A stretch of DNA of 64,000 nucleotides from a bacterium. Lineage in GTDB: Bacteria > Myxococcota_A > Bradymonadia > UBA7976 > UBA1532. The notes under the pieces were generated by a model. It did not search any database. It had not been told where the DNA came from and was given only the letters and a program-made list of their open reading frames with translations. Numbering within the stretch: position 1 is the stretch's first letter; the number at the start of each line of letters is the position of its first letter. The stretch spans positions 2,425 to 66,424 of the forward strand of contig JAUHYW010000012.1 in the NCBI GenBank assembly GCA_030426085.1. The letters are read 5' to 3'. Position numbers and translations under genes: made by a program. Of the stretch, positions 9,447 to 18,736 are shown piece after piece.

Positions 9447-10685
9447 GTGGATCCCGACGCCTTCGCCCGGGTCAAGGCCGCCTTCCTCGCCGTGCGCGAC
9501 CTGCCCCGGGCCGAGCAGGGCCCGGCGATCGACGCCGCCTTCGACGACCCCGCGCTGCGGGCCGAGGTGCGCGAGCTGCTGGGCCACGACGACGACGAGG
9601 CCCCGTTCATCCGCCCGCCGGAGGGCGTCTCCCGCCCGCCGCTGCCGGTCGACCCCGCCCCGCCGCTCGTCGGCGAGACCCTCGACGGCCGGTTCGACGT
9701 CGAGACCGCCGTCGCCGAGGGCGGGTTCGGCTGGGTCTACCGGGGGCGCGACCGGCAGACCGGCGAGCCGATCGCGATCAAGCTGTTCAAGCCCATCGAC
9801 GACCCCGGGCTGCGCAGCGAGGTCGAGGCCGCGTTCGACCGCGAGGGCCGGGTGCTCGAGTCGCTCGCCCCCCGCTCGGCGCACATCGTCGCCTACCGGG
9901 ACATCGGCACCTGGGTCGACCCCGACGGCGCCCGCCGCTCGTTCATCGTCATGGAGTGGCTCGACGGGGTGACCCTCGCCGAGCACGTCAACGAGACCCT
10001 GGGCGAGGGCCCGCTGCCCCTGCGGGTGGTGCACGAGCTGCTGACCCCCATCGCCGACGCGCTGGCCATCGCCCACCGCCACGGGGTCGCCCACCGGGAC
10101 ATCAAGCCGAGCAACATCCTCGTCACCCGCACCGCCGACGGCGACGCGCTGCTCAAGCTCGTCGACTTCGGGGCCGCCAAGCGGGCCGCCGACCGGGCCC
10201 GGGGCTTCCAGAGCACCGGCGGCGAGATCGGGATGGTGACCTTCGACTACTCGGCCCCCGAGCAGGTCAACAAGGCCTACGGCTCGACGGGGCCGTGGTC
10301 CGACGTCTTCTCGCTGGCGGTGCTCGTCGTCGAGATGGTCGCCGGCCGCCACCCGTGGCGCCACCTCGACCTGCTCGCGGCGATGGATCTGGCCACCAGC
10401 CGCGAGGCCCGCCCGACCCCCCGCGCGCTGGGCGTCGAGCTCGCCGACCCCGCCGTCGCCGACGCGGTCGACGCGGTCTTCACCCGGGCGCTGGCGGTCG
10501 AGCCCGAGCGCCGTCAGCCGGACGTGGCCCGGCTCTGGGCCGAGCTGGGCGCGGCGCTCGACGGCCGGGCGCGGGACGCGCCGCCCGGTTCGGATCAGAG
10601 CAGCGCGACCGGTGGCATCTCGCTCATGTGGTATGCCATCCCGCTGGGTCTGATCGCGGCGCTCGCGTGGTGGCTGAGCCGGTGA
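9447..10685 (+). CDS. Ser/Thr protein kinase with one C-terminal TM helix; probable ECF partner
   Basis: EGGFGWVY, AIK, HRDIKPSN, DFG and SAPEQ; N-terminal DDPALRAEVRELL segment typical of ECF-linked kinases; starts 4 nt after the sigma gene. Confidence 0.92.
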   Translation: MDPDAFARVKAAFLAVRDLPRAEQGPAIDAAFDDPALRAEVRELLGHDDDEAPFIRPPEGVSRPPLPVDPAPPLVGETLDGRFDVETAVAEGGFGWVYRGRDRQTGEPIAIKLFKPIDDPGLRSEVEAAFDREGRVLESLAPRSAHIVAYRDIGTWVDPDGARRSFIVMEWLDGVTLAEHVNETLGEGPLPLRVVHELLTPIADALAIAHRHGVAHRDIKPSNILVTRTADGDALLKLVDFGAAKRAADRARGFQSTGGEIGMVTFDYSAPEQVNKAYGSTGPWSDVFSLAVLVVEMVAGRHPWRHLDLLAAMDLATSREARPTPRALGVELADPAVADAVDAVFTRALAVEPERRQPDVARLWAELGAALDGRARDAPPGSDQSSATGGISLMWYAIPLGLIAALAWWLSR

Positions 10686-10695
10686 CTGCCCCTGA

Positions 10696-11913
10696 CTATC
10701 CCAGGTCGACCCGGACGTGCTCGATGATGTCCCGCAGCGCCTGCCGCACCACCGCGGTCTCGGGGTGCCTCACGATGACATAGCCCTCGCCCTCGTAGCT
10801 GCCGGTGGGGAACATGCCCACCCGGGGCATCTGCACCTCGACGACGAGCCCCGCCACCCGCTGCTGGGCCGCCTCGAGCCCGCGCACCGCCTTCACCCGG
10901 CCCCGCCCCTGACCCCGCAGGAAGGCCGCGCCCACCGCGTAGGTCCGGGGCGGCGGCTCGAAGGCGTCGTGCACCATCAGCCGGGCCCACTTCTGGTAGA
11001 AGTCCACCTCGCCGGCGAACGACATCAGCCGCATGATCTGGGCCCCCGGCGGGCGGGCGGCGATCTCGCTGATGGCCAGGGAGCCATCCGGCCGGCGGAA
11101 CCACTCCATGTGGCTCAGCCCGGTGCCCTGCCCCAGCGCCTTCAGCGCGGCGAAGCCCGAGCGGCGCACGTCGTCGAAGGCCGGGTCGTCCACCTCGCGG
11201 GGCAGGCACACCGTCCACTGGATCCAGGGGTTCTCCACCACCCGGATGGGCTGGGGGTCGTACATCGTCAGCGAGTGCCACACCGGCTCGCCGCCGACGC
11301 TGATGACCTCGAACGACCGCTCGAGCCCCTGCACGAACTCCTCGCACAGCACCGGCCGCCCCCCGCCGAGGCCGCCGGCCACCACCCGCTTCAGGGTCTC
11401 GATGTCATCCGCTCGATGGGTCGCCACCGAGCCGGCCCCGTCGGGCGGCTTGACGATCATCGGCAGCCCCACCTGCTCGGCGAAGGCCACCGCCGCCGCC
11501 ACCGACGACACCAGCGCGTGGCGGGCGCAGGGCAGCCCCGCGGCGCGCAGCGCGTCCTTCATGCGCGACTTGTCCCGGAAGTTGCGGGCCGCCGCCGCGC
11601 CCATGCCGGGGATGCCGAGCGCGTCGCGCACCTCGCCGAGCGGCACCTGGAGCTGCTCGAACATGCCCAGCAGCCGGTGGCATCCGCCGAGCTGCCCGGC
11701 CAGCCACCGGGTCCCATCGGCGATCTGCTGGGGGTCCATGCCGTCGGCGATGCCATAGTGGGCCGCGATGTGGGGCCGCAGGTCGGCCGGGATGGCTTCG
11801 GCGGGGCTCGCGGTGACCAGCCCCAGCTTCACCCCGGGCAGCGCGGCGGCGGCCCGGATGAAGCGCAGCGTATTGAACCCCAAGAACGGGGTCGCGAAGA
11901 CGACCGGTGTCAT
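10696..11913 (-). CDS. ATP-grasp domain protein
   Basis: FRDKSRMK, PMIVKPPDGAGS, CEEFVQGLERSFE, HMEWF and EIAARPPG; ATG at 11913. Confidence 0.88.
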   Translation of the reverse strand: MTPVVFATPFLGFNTLRFIRAAAALPGVKLGLVTASPAEAIPADLRPHIAAHYGIADGMDPQQIADGTRWLAGQLGGCHRLLGMFEQLQVPLGEVRDALGIPGMGAAAARNFRDKSRMKDALRAAGLPCARHALVSSVAAAVAFAEQVGLPMIVKPPDGAGSVATHRADDIETLKRVVAGGLGGGRPVLCEEFVQGLERSFEVISVGGEPVWHSLTMYDPQPIRVVENPWIQWTVCLPREVDDPAFDDVRRSGFAALKALGQGTGLSHMEWFRRPDGSLAISEIAARPPGAQIMRLMSFAGEVDFYQKWARLMVHDAFEPPPRTYAVGAAFLRGQGRGRVKAVRGLEAAQQRVAGLVVEVQMPRVGMFPTGSYEGEGYVIVRHPETAVVRQALRDIIEHVRVDLG

Positions 11914-11957
11914 GGCGTTGGCTCCGAATGAAGGGGGTCGGGCGTGCGCTGAGAGGC

Positions 11958-12695
11958 TCAGCGGGTCAGCGTGTCGAGGTATTGGGGCAGCATCGCCCGC
12001 CAGGTGACCCAGTCGTGGTCCCACTCGGGGCCCCAGTCGTCCACCCGGTTGGGCACGCCCCGGCCGCCGAGCGCGCGGGCCACCTGCCAGCTCTCGCCGG
12101 GGGCCTCCCACTTGCCCGAGCCGGTGGCCAGCAGCACGAAGCGCCGCCGCAAGAGCGCGAGCTGCCGGCTGTCTTCCTTCAGCTCGGGCACGAAGTGCAG
12201 CGGCGACGAGACGTGGAAGTCGAAGGTGTGCTCCCCGCCCATCCACCGGGTCAGGTCGTAGGTGCCCGACATGCACACCGCCGCCCGGAAGGCATCCGGG
12301 TGGCGGCACAGCATCGACAGCGCGTTGAACGCGCCGATGCTCGCCCCGGCGGTGACGATCTCGACGTCGCCCTGGCGGCAGTCGGTGCGGATGGCCGGCA
12401 CCAGCTCGTGGTAGACGAAGGCGTCAAACATGCTCTGCATCCACGCCCGGTGCCCGCCGCCGTGCCCGTCGCCGATCCAGTAGCGCCCCGAGACGCTGTC
12501 GACGCTGTAGATGCGCACCCGGCCGGCCTCGATCAGCGGGGCGAGCACCTTCAGCATCAGGAAGCGCTCGCACTCCTCGAAGTCGCCCCCCGCGGTGGGG
12601 AACAGCAGCACCGGCTGCCCGGCGTGGCCCCAGCGGGCCACGTTCACCACCTGCTTCACCCGCTCCGAGTACCAGCGGTCGACGAGTTTGTTCAC
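11958..12695 (-). CDS. Esterase-family alpha/beta hydrolase
   Basis: WGHAGQPVLLFPT, GASIGA nucleophile elbow, MSGTYD and DHDWVTW; its GTG overlaps the upstream stop. Confidence 0.88.
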   Translation of the reverse strand: MNKLVDRWYSERVKQVVNVARWGHAGQPVLLFPTAGGDFEECERFLMLKVLAPLIEAGRVRIYSVDSVSGRYWIGDGHGGGHRAWMQSMFDAFVYHELVPAIRTDCRQGDVEIVTAGASIGAFNALSMLCRHPDAFRAAVCMSGTYDLTRWMGGEHTFDFHVSSPLHFVPELKEDSRQLALLRRRFVLLATGSGKWEAPGESWQVARALGGRGVPNRVDDWGPEWDHDWVTWRAMLPQYLDTLTR

Positions 12696-14008
12696 GCCAC
12701 GTCCCCCGGCCCGAAGGCGCCGGGGGGGTCGCTCTCGGCAATGCTCGTCGACGGGGTGCGCCGCAGGCGGTCCTCTTCGGTCTTGCCCCAGAAGCGGATG
12801 AGCCCCCAGAAGTGCTCGGTGAACCGCTCCACCTCGTGGGCCGGGAACAGCGCCTCGACCTTCTGCCGCACCAGCGCCTTGCAGGTGTCGCTGGTGAAAA
12901 AGGCCAGGGCCACCTCGTCGAGGTGGCTCAGGTGGGTCTGGCAGAACTCGGTGAAGGCGTCGGCCTTCAGCCGCTCGCGGGTGATGTCGGCGTAGGCCGC
13001 CAGCCGCTCGCGGTAGGGCAGGTCGCGCTTCGCCACCTCGAAGTACGGCCGCCAGTCGAGCGTGGGCGGGTTGACGTGCCCGCTCGCCGCGCAGAACAGC
13101 GACCAGCGCACCATCTTCTTGACCATGCTGGGCCAGTGATAGTGCAGCGAGGTCACCTGGAAGTCGGGGCAGGCGTTGGCGAAGTCGATCGGGTGGAATA
13201 CACCCTCGCGGCGCAGGCTCTCGCAGGAGTTGAACTCCCAGCCGAAGAAGCCATTGATCGTCAGCATCTGGTCGGTCAGCAGCGACCACTCGTCGCCGTC
13301 GACGAAGAAGAAGTCGACCTTGTAGCGATCGTGCAGCGCCGCGCCGGGGTCGTAGCGCACGATCTCGACCTGGGGGCCGACGCCGATGGTGCGCACGAAG
13401 AGGTCGAACGGCTCGATGGCTTCCTGCAGGTGCATCACCCGCCGGCCGGACTGCTCGTAGGCCGCCTTGAGCTCGGCCTCGTTCTGGATGCGGGTCACCC
13501 CGACCCAGGCCCCGCCGTCGTAGGGCTTCATGAACAGCGGGTAGCCCAGCTTGCGCCCCACCTCGCCGAGGTCGAACAGCCGGGCGTAGCGGTCGAGGGT
13601 GGGGCCGACGTCGGGGGTGGCCACCGCGTCGTGCTCCTTGGGCGGGGCCATCCAGGTGCGGGGCACCGGCAGCCCGAGCTTCATCATGGCCGCGTAGCTG
13701 GTCTGCTTCTCCATCGACTGCACGGCCCACGGGTTGTTGAGCACATGCAGGCCGTCCATGATCACGGCCTTCTTGATCCACTCGCGGCTGGTGTGGAACC
13801 AGTGCGTCAGCCGGTCGAGCACCACGGCGTAGCTGCACGGCTGCTGCAAGTCGTAGGGCTCGACGGTGACCCGCTCGACGGCGAAGTCGACGGTCTGCCC
13901 GCCCAGCTCGCACTCCAGGTTCAGCCCGCGCACGATGGCCTCGAAGGCCCCGGGCCAGCAGATGTCGGCCCCCAGCGAGAGGCCGATCTTCTTGGTGACG
14001 CGACTCAT
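12692..14008 (-). CDS. RimK/glutathione-synthetase-like ATP-grasp protein
   Basis: VLNNP, GLPVPRT, YPLFMKPYDGGAWVGV, MHLQEAI and IDFANACPD. Confidence 0.85.
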   Translation of the reverse strand: MSRVTKKIGLSLGADICWPGAFEAIVRGLNLECELGGQTVDFAVERVTVEPYDLQQPCSYAVVLDRLTHWFHTSREWIKKAVIMDGLHVLNNPWAVQSMEKQTSYAAMMKLGLPVPRTWMAPPKEHDAVATPDVGPTLDRYARLFDLGEVGRKLGYPLFMKPYDGGAWVGVTRIQNEAELKAAYEQSGRRVMHLQEAIEPFDLFVRTIGVGPQVEIVRYDPGAALHDRYKVDFFFVDGDEWSLLTDQMLTINGFFGWEFNSCESLRREGVFHPIDFANACPDFQVTSLHYHWPSMVKKMVRWSLFCAASGHVNPPTLDWRPYFEVAKRDLPYRERLAAYADITRERLKADAFTEFCQTHLSHLDEVALAFFTSDTCKALVRQKVEALFPAHEVERFTEHFWGLIRFWGKTEEDRLRRTPSTSIAESDPPGAFGPGDVA

Positions 14009-14534
14009 CGGGTTCTCCCCCCACCGTCAGACGACGGCGATGCGCGCGCCCTATACGCCGGTGGGGTCGGGCGCGCAAGAGAATCGAGGGTCGCGTAGTG
14101 GGTTATTTTGATTTGGCCCCGTCCCTGGCCGTCAAGCCGCTGACGACACAGCCCCCTGTAGCAGCCGATAGATCGTCGTCCTCCCTGGCGTGAGCCTCCC
14201 GTCTCGCAGCCGTGATCTCGGCCGCTCGTCCTGCTCTGGCTCTGTCTGCGTATCCGAGTCCGAGATGCCGTGAGGATACCCCCGGCATGAATCGTCGGAA
14301 TACCTCGGCGGGTCAAGTGCGGCACCGCACTGCATACAGTACGATTTCGTTTCGAGTACGCCGCTCCGGTCGCCATGGTCGAGTTCGACCCGGCGGGGGA
14401 CCCCGAGGAAAGAGCCACTGAAGCCGGGATCGTCGGGCTGCGGAGCGGGCACCGCGCGGCCGGCGGACACGTTTTCTTCGCGATTCATGCGAAATTTGTG
14501 CATATTCGGCAATGAAACTGCATGAGGGGCGCGC

Positions 14535-15848
14535 ATGCTGCTCGAATTTCGGGTCGCCAACTTTCGGTCGTTCGCCGAGGAACAGGTTTTCTCGTTCGTG
14601 GCCGACAAGGACGACACGCACCTGGAGAACACCATGGAGTGTGAGCAGTCGCCCACTGGACGGGTGACTCGGCTTGCGGTGCTATACGGACCCAACGGCG
14701 GCGGAAAGAGCGCGCTGGTGCGGGCGATTGCCGCGATGCAGGGCATGGTCGTCAACTCCGCGCGGTGGCAGGAGGGCGATCGGCTGATGAGCCTCGAGCC
14801 GTTCAAGTTGGACGCTGCGCTCGCGCATGCGCCGTGCCGGTTTGAAGCGACGTTCGTGGCTGATTGGGCCGACCCCGAAGACCCAGAGACCGTCCGGCCT
14901 GTCCGCTACCAGTACGGCTTTTCGGCGGATGTCGAGCGCGTTGACGAGGAGTGGCTGCTGGCCTACCCCCACGGTCAGCCCCAGACTTGGTTCGAGCGCG
15001 ACCCGGACGGGTTCGACTTCGGTCGGCATTTGCGGGGCGAGAAGAAGCGGATCGCCGATGCGACGCGCAGCAACGCGCTCTTCTTGTCGGTGGCGGCGCA
15101 GCAGAACCAACAGCATCTCCTACCCGTCTTTCGTTGGTTGCGGACCCACCTCATGGCCATCGGTGTCGCCGGGGAGCAAGAACTCGGTGACCCGGTGATT
15201 CGGCGGAGGCCGCTCGCTTCGGCTCGCACCAACGTAGCCCTTGATAAGGGTCACGACGAAGCCAGGAAGTACATCGTCGACTTTCTGCGAGAGGCGGATG
15301 TCGGCATCGATGACATCCGCCTGGAACGCAGCCGCTTCGACGCCGCGTCGCTGCCCCCGGGGTTCCCACCTGAGCTGAAGGCGCTGGTGGTGGAGCAGCA
15401 AGAAGAGAGGGAGATGGTCGAGGTCCGCACTGTGCACCGGGGTCGCCATGGTGAGCCCGTCGAGTGGAATCTGTCCGACGAGTCCGAGGGCACCCAGAAC
15501 CTGTATTGCCTGCTGGGTCCCTGGCTGGAGACGGTGTTCTTCGAACGATCTGCGTTCTTCGACGAATTGTTCAGCGATCTGCACCCGGTCCTCGCCCGAC
15601 GGCTGCTGGAGCGCTTCTGCAAGGAAGGCAGCAAGGGTCAGGTGCTGCTGACCACCCACGATACGAACCTGCTCGACTCGAATCTGCTTCGGCGCGATCA
15701 GGTCTGGTTCGTCGAGAAGAACCCCGACGGCGCCTCGCGGCTCTACTCGATGCTCGAATACCGTCCGCGCAAGGGCGAGAACTTCGAAAAGGGCTACCTC
15801 GCCGGCCGCTATGGCGCGCTGCCGTTCATCGGCGACGTGAGGTTCTGA
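14535..15848 (+). CDS. AAA_21/RloA-type ABC ATPase (AbiL-like component 1)
   Basis: EFRVANFRSF, YGPNGGGKS (Walker A), ESEGT signature, FDEL..LHP, LTTHD, RRDQVWFVEK and YLAGRYGALP. Confidence 0.9.
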   Translation: MLLEFRVANFRSFAEEQVFSFVADKDDTHLENTMECEQSPTGRVTRLAVLYGPNGGGKSALVRAIAAMQGMVVNSARWQEGDRLMSLEPFKLDAALAHAPCRFEATFVADWADPEDPETVRPVRYQYGFSADVERVDEEWLLAYPHGQPQTWFERDPDGFDFGRHLRGEKKRIADATRSNALFLSVAAQQNQQHLLPVFRWLRTHLMAIGVAGEQELGDPVIRRRPLASARTNVALDKGHDEARKYIVDFLREADVGIDDIRLERSRFDAASLPPGFPPELKALVVEQQEEREMVEVRTVHRGRHGEPVEWNLSDESEGTQNLYCLLGPWLETVFFERSAFFDELFSDLHPVLARRLLERFCKEGSKGQVLLTTHDTNLLDSNLLRRDQVWFVEKNPDGASRLYSMLEYRPRKGENFEKGYLAGRYGALPFIGDVRF

Positions 15849-16471
15849 TGCCTCGGGGCAGACGGGCACGCGGCAAGGGCAACCTGGGCCGCAACAAGGG
15901 CAACCGCAGCGGCCGACGCATCTTGATCGTCTGCGAGGGCAGCGAGACCGAGCCCCGCTACTTCCGGGCGCTGCGCGCCGAGCTGAAGCTGGGGGCTGTC
16001 GATATCCAGGTCGAGGGCGAGAATTGCGAGAGCGCACCGATCTCGGTCGTGGACTACGCGCTGGAGTTGAAGGCACGCGCGCGCCGCCAGGTGCCCTACG
16101 ACGCGGTGTGGTGCGTCATCGACCGGGACAACCACGAGAGCTTCGATCGGGCGATCGACAAGGCCGCCGCCCATGGCATCGCGGTGGCCGCCTCGGTCCG
16201 CCAGTTCGAGGTCTGGCTCCTGCTGCATTTCGTCTACAGCACCCGGTCGTGGCCCGACGGCGACAGCCTGCTCAAAGCCCTGGCCGAGCACCTGCCGGAC
16301 TACGCCAAGAATACGGACGTCGCCGGGACACTGCAGCTGCGGCGGCCCACGGCGATGACTCACGCCGAGCGGCTGCGGACCCACAACGCCGAGGTGCACG
16401 ACGCGCGCCACCCCAACCCGATGACCGATGTGGACCTCCTCGTCGGCTTCCTCGTCCGCCTCAAGCCCTGA
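15848..16471 (+). CDS. RloB-family (TOPRIM-like) protein
   Basis: TGATG overlap; ILIVCEGSETEPRYF, VWCVIDRD, FEVWLLLHF and NPMTDV. Confidence 0.9.
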   Translation: MPRGRRARGKGNLGRNKGNRSGRRILIVCEGSETEPRYFRALRAELKLGAVDIQVEGENCESAPISVVDYALELKARARRQVPYDAVWCVIDRDNHESFDRAIDKAAAHGIAVAASVRQFEVWLLLHFVYSTRSWPDGDSLLKALAEHLPDYAKNTDVAGTLQLRRPTAMTHAERLRTHNAEVHDARHPNPMTDVDLLVGFLVRLKP

Positions 16472-16649
16472 GAGCTTTCCCACAATCTCCGGCGCTTCGC
16501 CCAGCACGGTCCCGTTCGCCGAGCTCGGCGTTGACCCGTCAGAGGACTGGAGGGTTGAGGACCGCTCGGGCTGGCCCGGAATCGAAATGCCCCACCACCG
16601 AGGGTCGGGCCCGGTGAAATCGGGGTGACGGCCCGCGAGGGCGCCCCGG

Positions 16650-18536
16650 TCACTCCTGAGCGAAGTCCCACTTCGAGCGATCACAGGTCGCCGCGAAGCC
16701 ATAGCGATCGCCGGCCACCGCCGTGCCCTGGGCCTCGGAGCCTTCGAGGTAGTACACGAAGTCGAGCTGGCGGTCGGGGCGCTCCATCTCGGTGGCGAAG
16801 ACCCGGGCGATCTCGTTGGCCGGCAGGGTCTTGCGGCCGGCGACGACCACCGGGGGGATGCGCAGGCCGGGGGTGCCGTGGCGGGCGCGGTAGGCCCGCC
16901 AGACCAGCTCGGTGCACACCAGCGCGTGGTCGGTGGCGAAGTCGAAGTCGAAGTCGTAGGGCCGGCCGAGCTGGCGGAAGGCGAAGTCGATGGCCCGGGC
17001 CTTGGTCCAGGCCGGCAGGCGGGGGCGCAGGGCGACGAGGTAGTCCCCGGCGGCCGACTTCAGCGTGCTCTGCACCACGCCCTCGCTGATGGCTTCGATG
17101 ATGGGCAGCGATCCGCCGGACGCCTCGGCCTTCTCCATCGCCTGCCACGCGGCCGGGTAGCGCCGCTCGATATAGGCGGTGAAGCGCTCGGCGCGGCCGG
17201 TGCGGCGCTCGATCCAGGCGGTGACGGTGGGGTCGTCGTCGAAGGCGGCGGCCAGCTCGGCCCGGGTGCCGACCCACAGCAGCGCGTGGGGCCAGAAGCC
17301 GGGCAGGCCCACGTTGCTGAGGTACCAGTTCTTGCGGGCCAGCATGACGTCGCCCGGGGCCAGCGCGCCCCGCATCTCGTCCAGCGCCTCGGGGTCGATG
17401 AGGTAGCGCCCCTTGCGCTTGACCTTGAAGTCGCCGAGGAAGGCGGCCACCCCGGCCTGCACCGGGAAGGTCCGCGCCTTGACCTCGCGCATCAGCGGGC
17501 CCAGATCGGCCCCGACGCTGGTGGCCGCCATCTCGAGGGTGCCCTTGTCGTCGAGCCGCTCCAGCCGGGCCCGCACGTCGTCCCACAGCGCGCCGTAGCC
17601 CCGGGCCCGGGCGTCGACGTCCGACCCGTGGGCCATCGCCAGCCACTGCTGATAGCGCTTGCCGGCGGTCACCCGCGCCAGATCGGTCAGGCCCAGCAGC
17701 TCTTCGCGGACCCAGGTGACCGACCCCGCGCGCAGCCCCCGGTCGCGGCGGCCGAGCTCGAGCAGCTTGACGACGTTGGGGTTGCGGTCGAGCAGGCCGA
17801 TGATGGCGGCGGTGTGCGCGTAGAGGGCCAGCTCGGCGGCGAAGGTCAGCAGGAAGCTGCGGACGTGGCGGTCCCGCTCGGGCCGGGAGAGGTCGAAGGC
17901 GAAGTAGTCTTCGTAGAACGCCCGGATCTGGTCCAGGGCGAAGGCGGTGTCGACGAAGCCGGCCCAGACGTCGATGACGAAGCGCTCCTCGTCGGCGGTG
18001 GCCACCCGGGGCGGGGCGCCGTCGGCGGGGAAGAGGTCGACCCGGCCTTCGAGCGCCCGGTGCAGGCCGGCGAGGGTCGCCGAGAGCTGGGCCACCTGCG
18101 TCCGGTCGGCCTCGAACCCGGCGTGGAACGTGTGCTTCGACATCCGGGTGAGCGGCTTGGGCGCGCCGATCCAGTGCACCGTGACCCGCACCACGCCGCC
18201 GACGAGCAGCAGCGCGGTCAGCGCGACGATGCGCCGGCGACCGACCTCCCGGCCGGCGTAGGGCCCGATGAGGAAGAGCCCGGCGATCATCGCCACGAGG
18301 GCCAGCATGCCGACCCCGATCAGGCCGCCGAGCATCTGGGGCAGCCAGCGGGTGCCGGCGTCGGCCAGCCAGTAGCCGGCGATCGAGCCGATGCCCAGCA
18401 GGATGATGGCGGCGCCGAGGCCGAACAGGATCTGACCGGCGCGGTACGAGCGGCGGGGCGCGGGGCGGGGCCGCGGTTCGGGGGCGGACACCTCGGGCGG
18501 CAGCGAGACCGGTCGGGGGCGGCGCAGGCGCTTCAT
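16650..18536 (-). CDS. Membrane-anchored permuted NlpC/P60 (YiiX/YebB-like) cysteine hydrolase
   Basis: Three N-terminal TM helices; PGDVML, GFWPHA (His), IEAISEGV and GRPYDFDFDF...LVCTELV (Cys after His, the permuted order). Confidence 0.82.
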   Translation of the reverse strand: MKRLRRPRPVSLPPEVSAPEPRPRPAPRRSYRAGQILFGLGAAIILLGIGSIAGYWLADAGTRWLPQMLGGLIGVGMLALVAMIAGLFLIGPYAGREVGRRRIVALTALLLVGGVVRVTVHWIGAPKPLTRMSKHTFHAGFEADRTQVAQLSATLAGLHRALEGRVDLFPADGAPPRVATADEERFVIDVWAGFVDTAFALDQIRAFYEDYFAFDLSRPERDRHVRSFLLTFAAELALYAHTAAIIGLLDRNPNVVKLLELGRRDRGLRAGSVTWVREELLGLTDLARVTAGKRYQQWLAMAHGSDVDARARGYGALWDDVRARLERLDDKGTLEMAATSVGADLGPLMREVKARTFPVQAGVAAFLGDFKVKRKGRYLIDPEALDEMRGALAPGDVMLARKNWYLSNVGLPGFWPHALLWVGTRAELAAAFDDDPTVTAWIERRTGRAERFTAYIERRYPAAWQAMEKAEASGGSLPIIEAISEGVVQSTLKSAAGDYLVALRPRLPAWTKARAIDFAFRQLGRPYDFDFDFATDHALVCTELVWRAYRARHGTPGLRIPPVVVAGRKTLPANEIARVFATEMERPDRQLDFVYYLEGSEAQGTAVAGDRYGFAATCDRSKWDFAQE

Positions 18537-18736
18537 GGGGGCTCCGTGGTCGCCGGGCGGGGGGCACGATAGCGCAGCCGGGCGCCTGGATCAGCCCCTC
18601 CCGGTCGGGGGCAGGGGGTGCCTCGATCTGCACCCCCCGCCCCCGCAGCGGGCTGCGCTTCTCGGCCGACGCGCGTTTCGAGAAGCTGGCTCCAGGGCTC
18701 ATAAAGCAATCACAGCCCACATTCCCAGGAGGTCCC

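Noticed and set aside
14010..14534. tRNA/att site, retron ncRNA or small genes before the RloA-like ATPase
   Set aside because: No cloverleaf, no RT gene and no flanking direct repeat found by eye; the short ORFs lack recognisable features.
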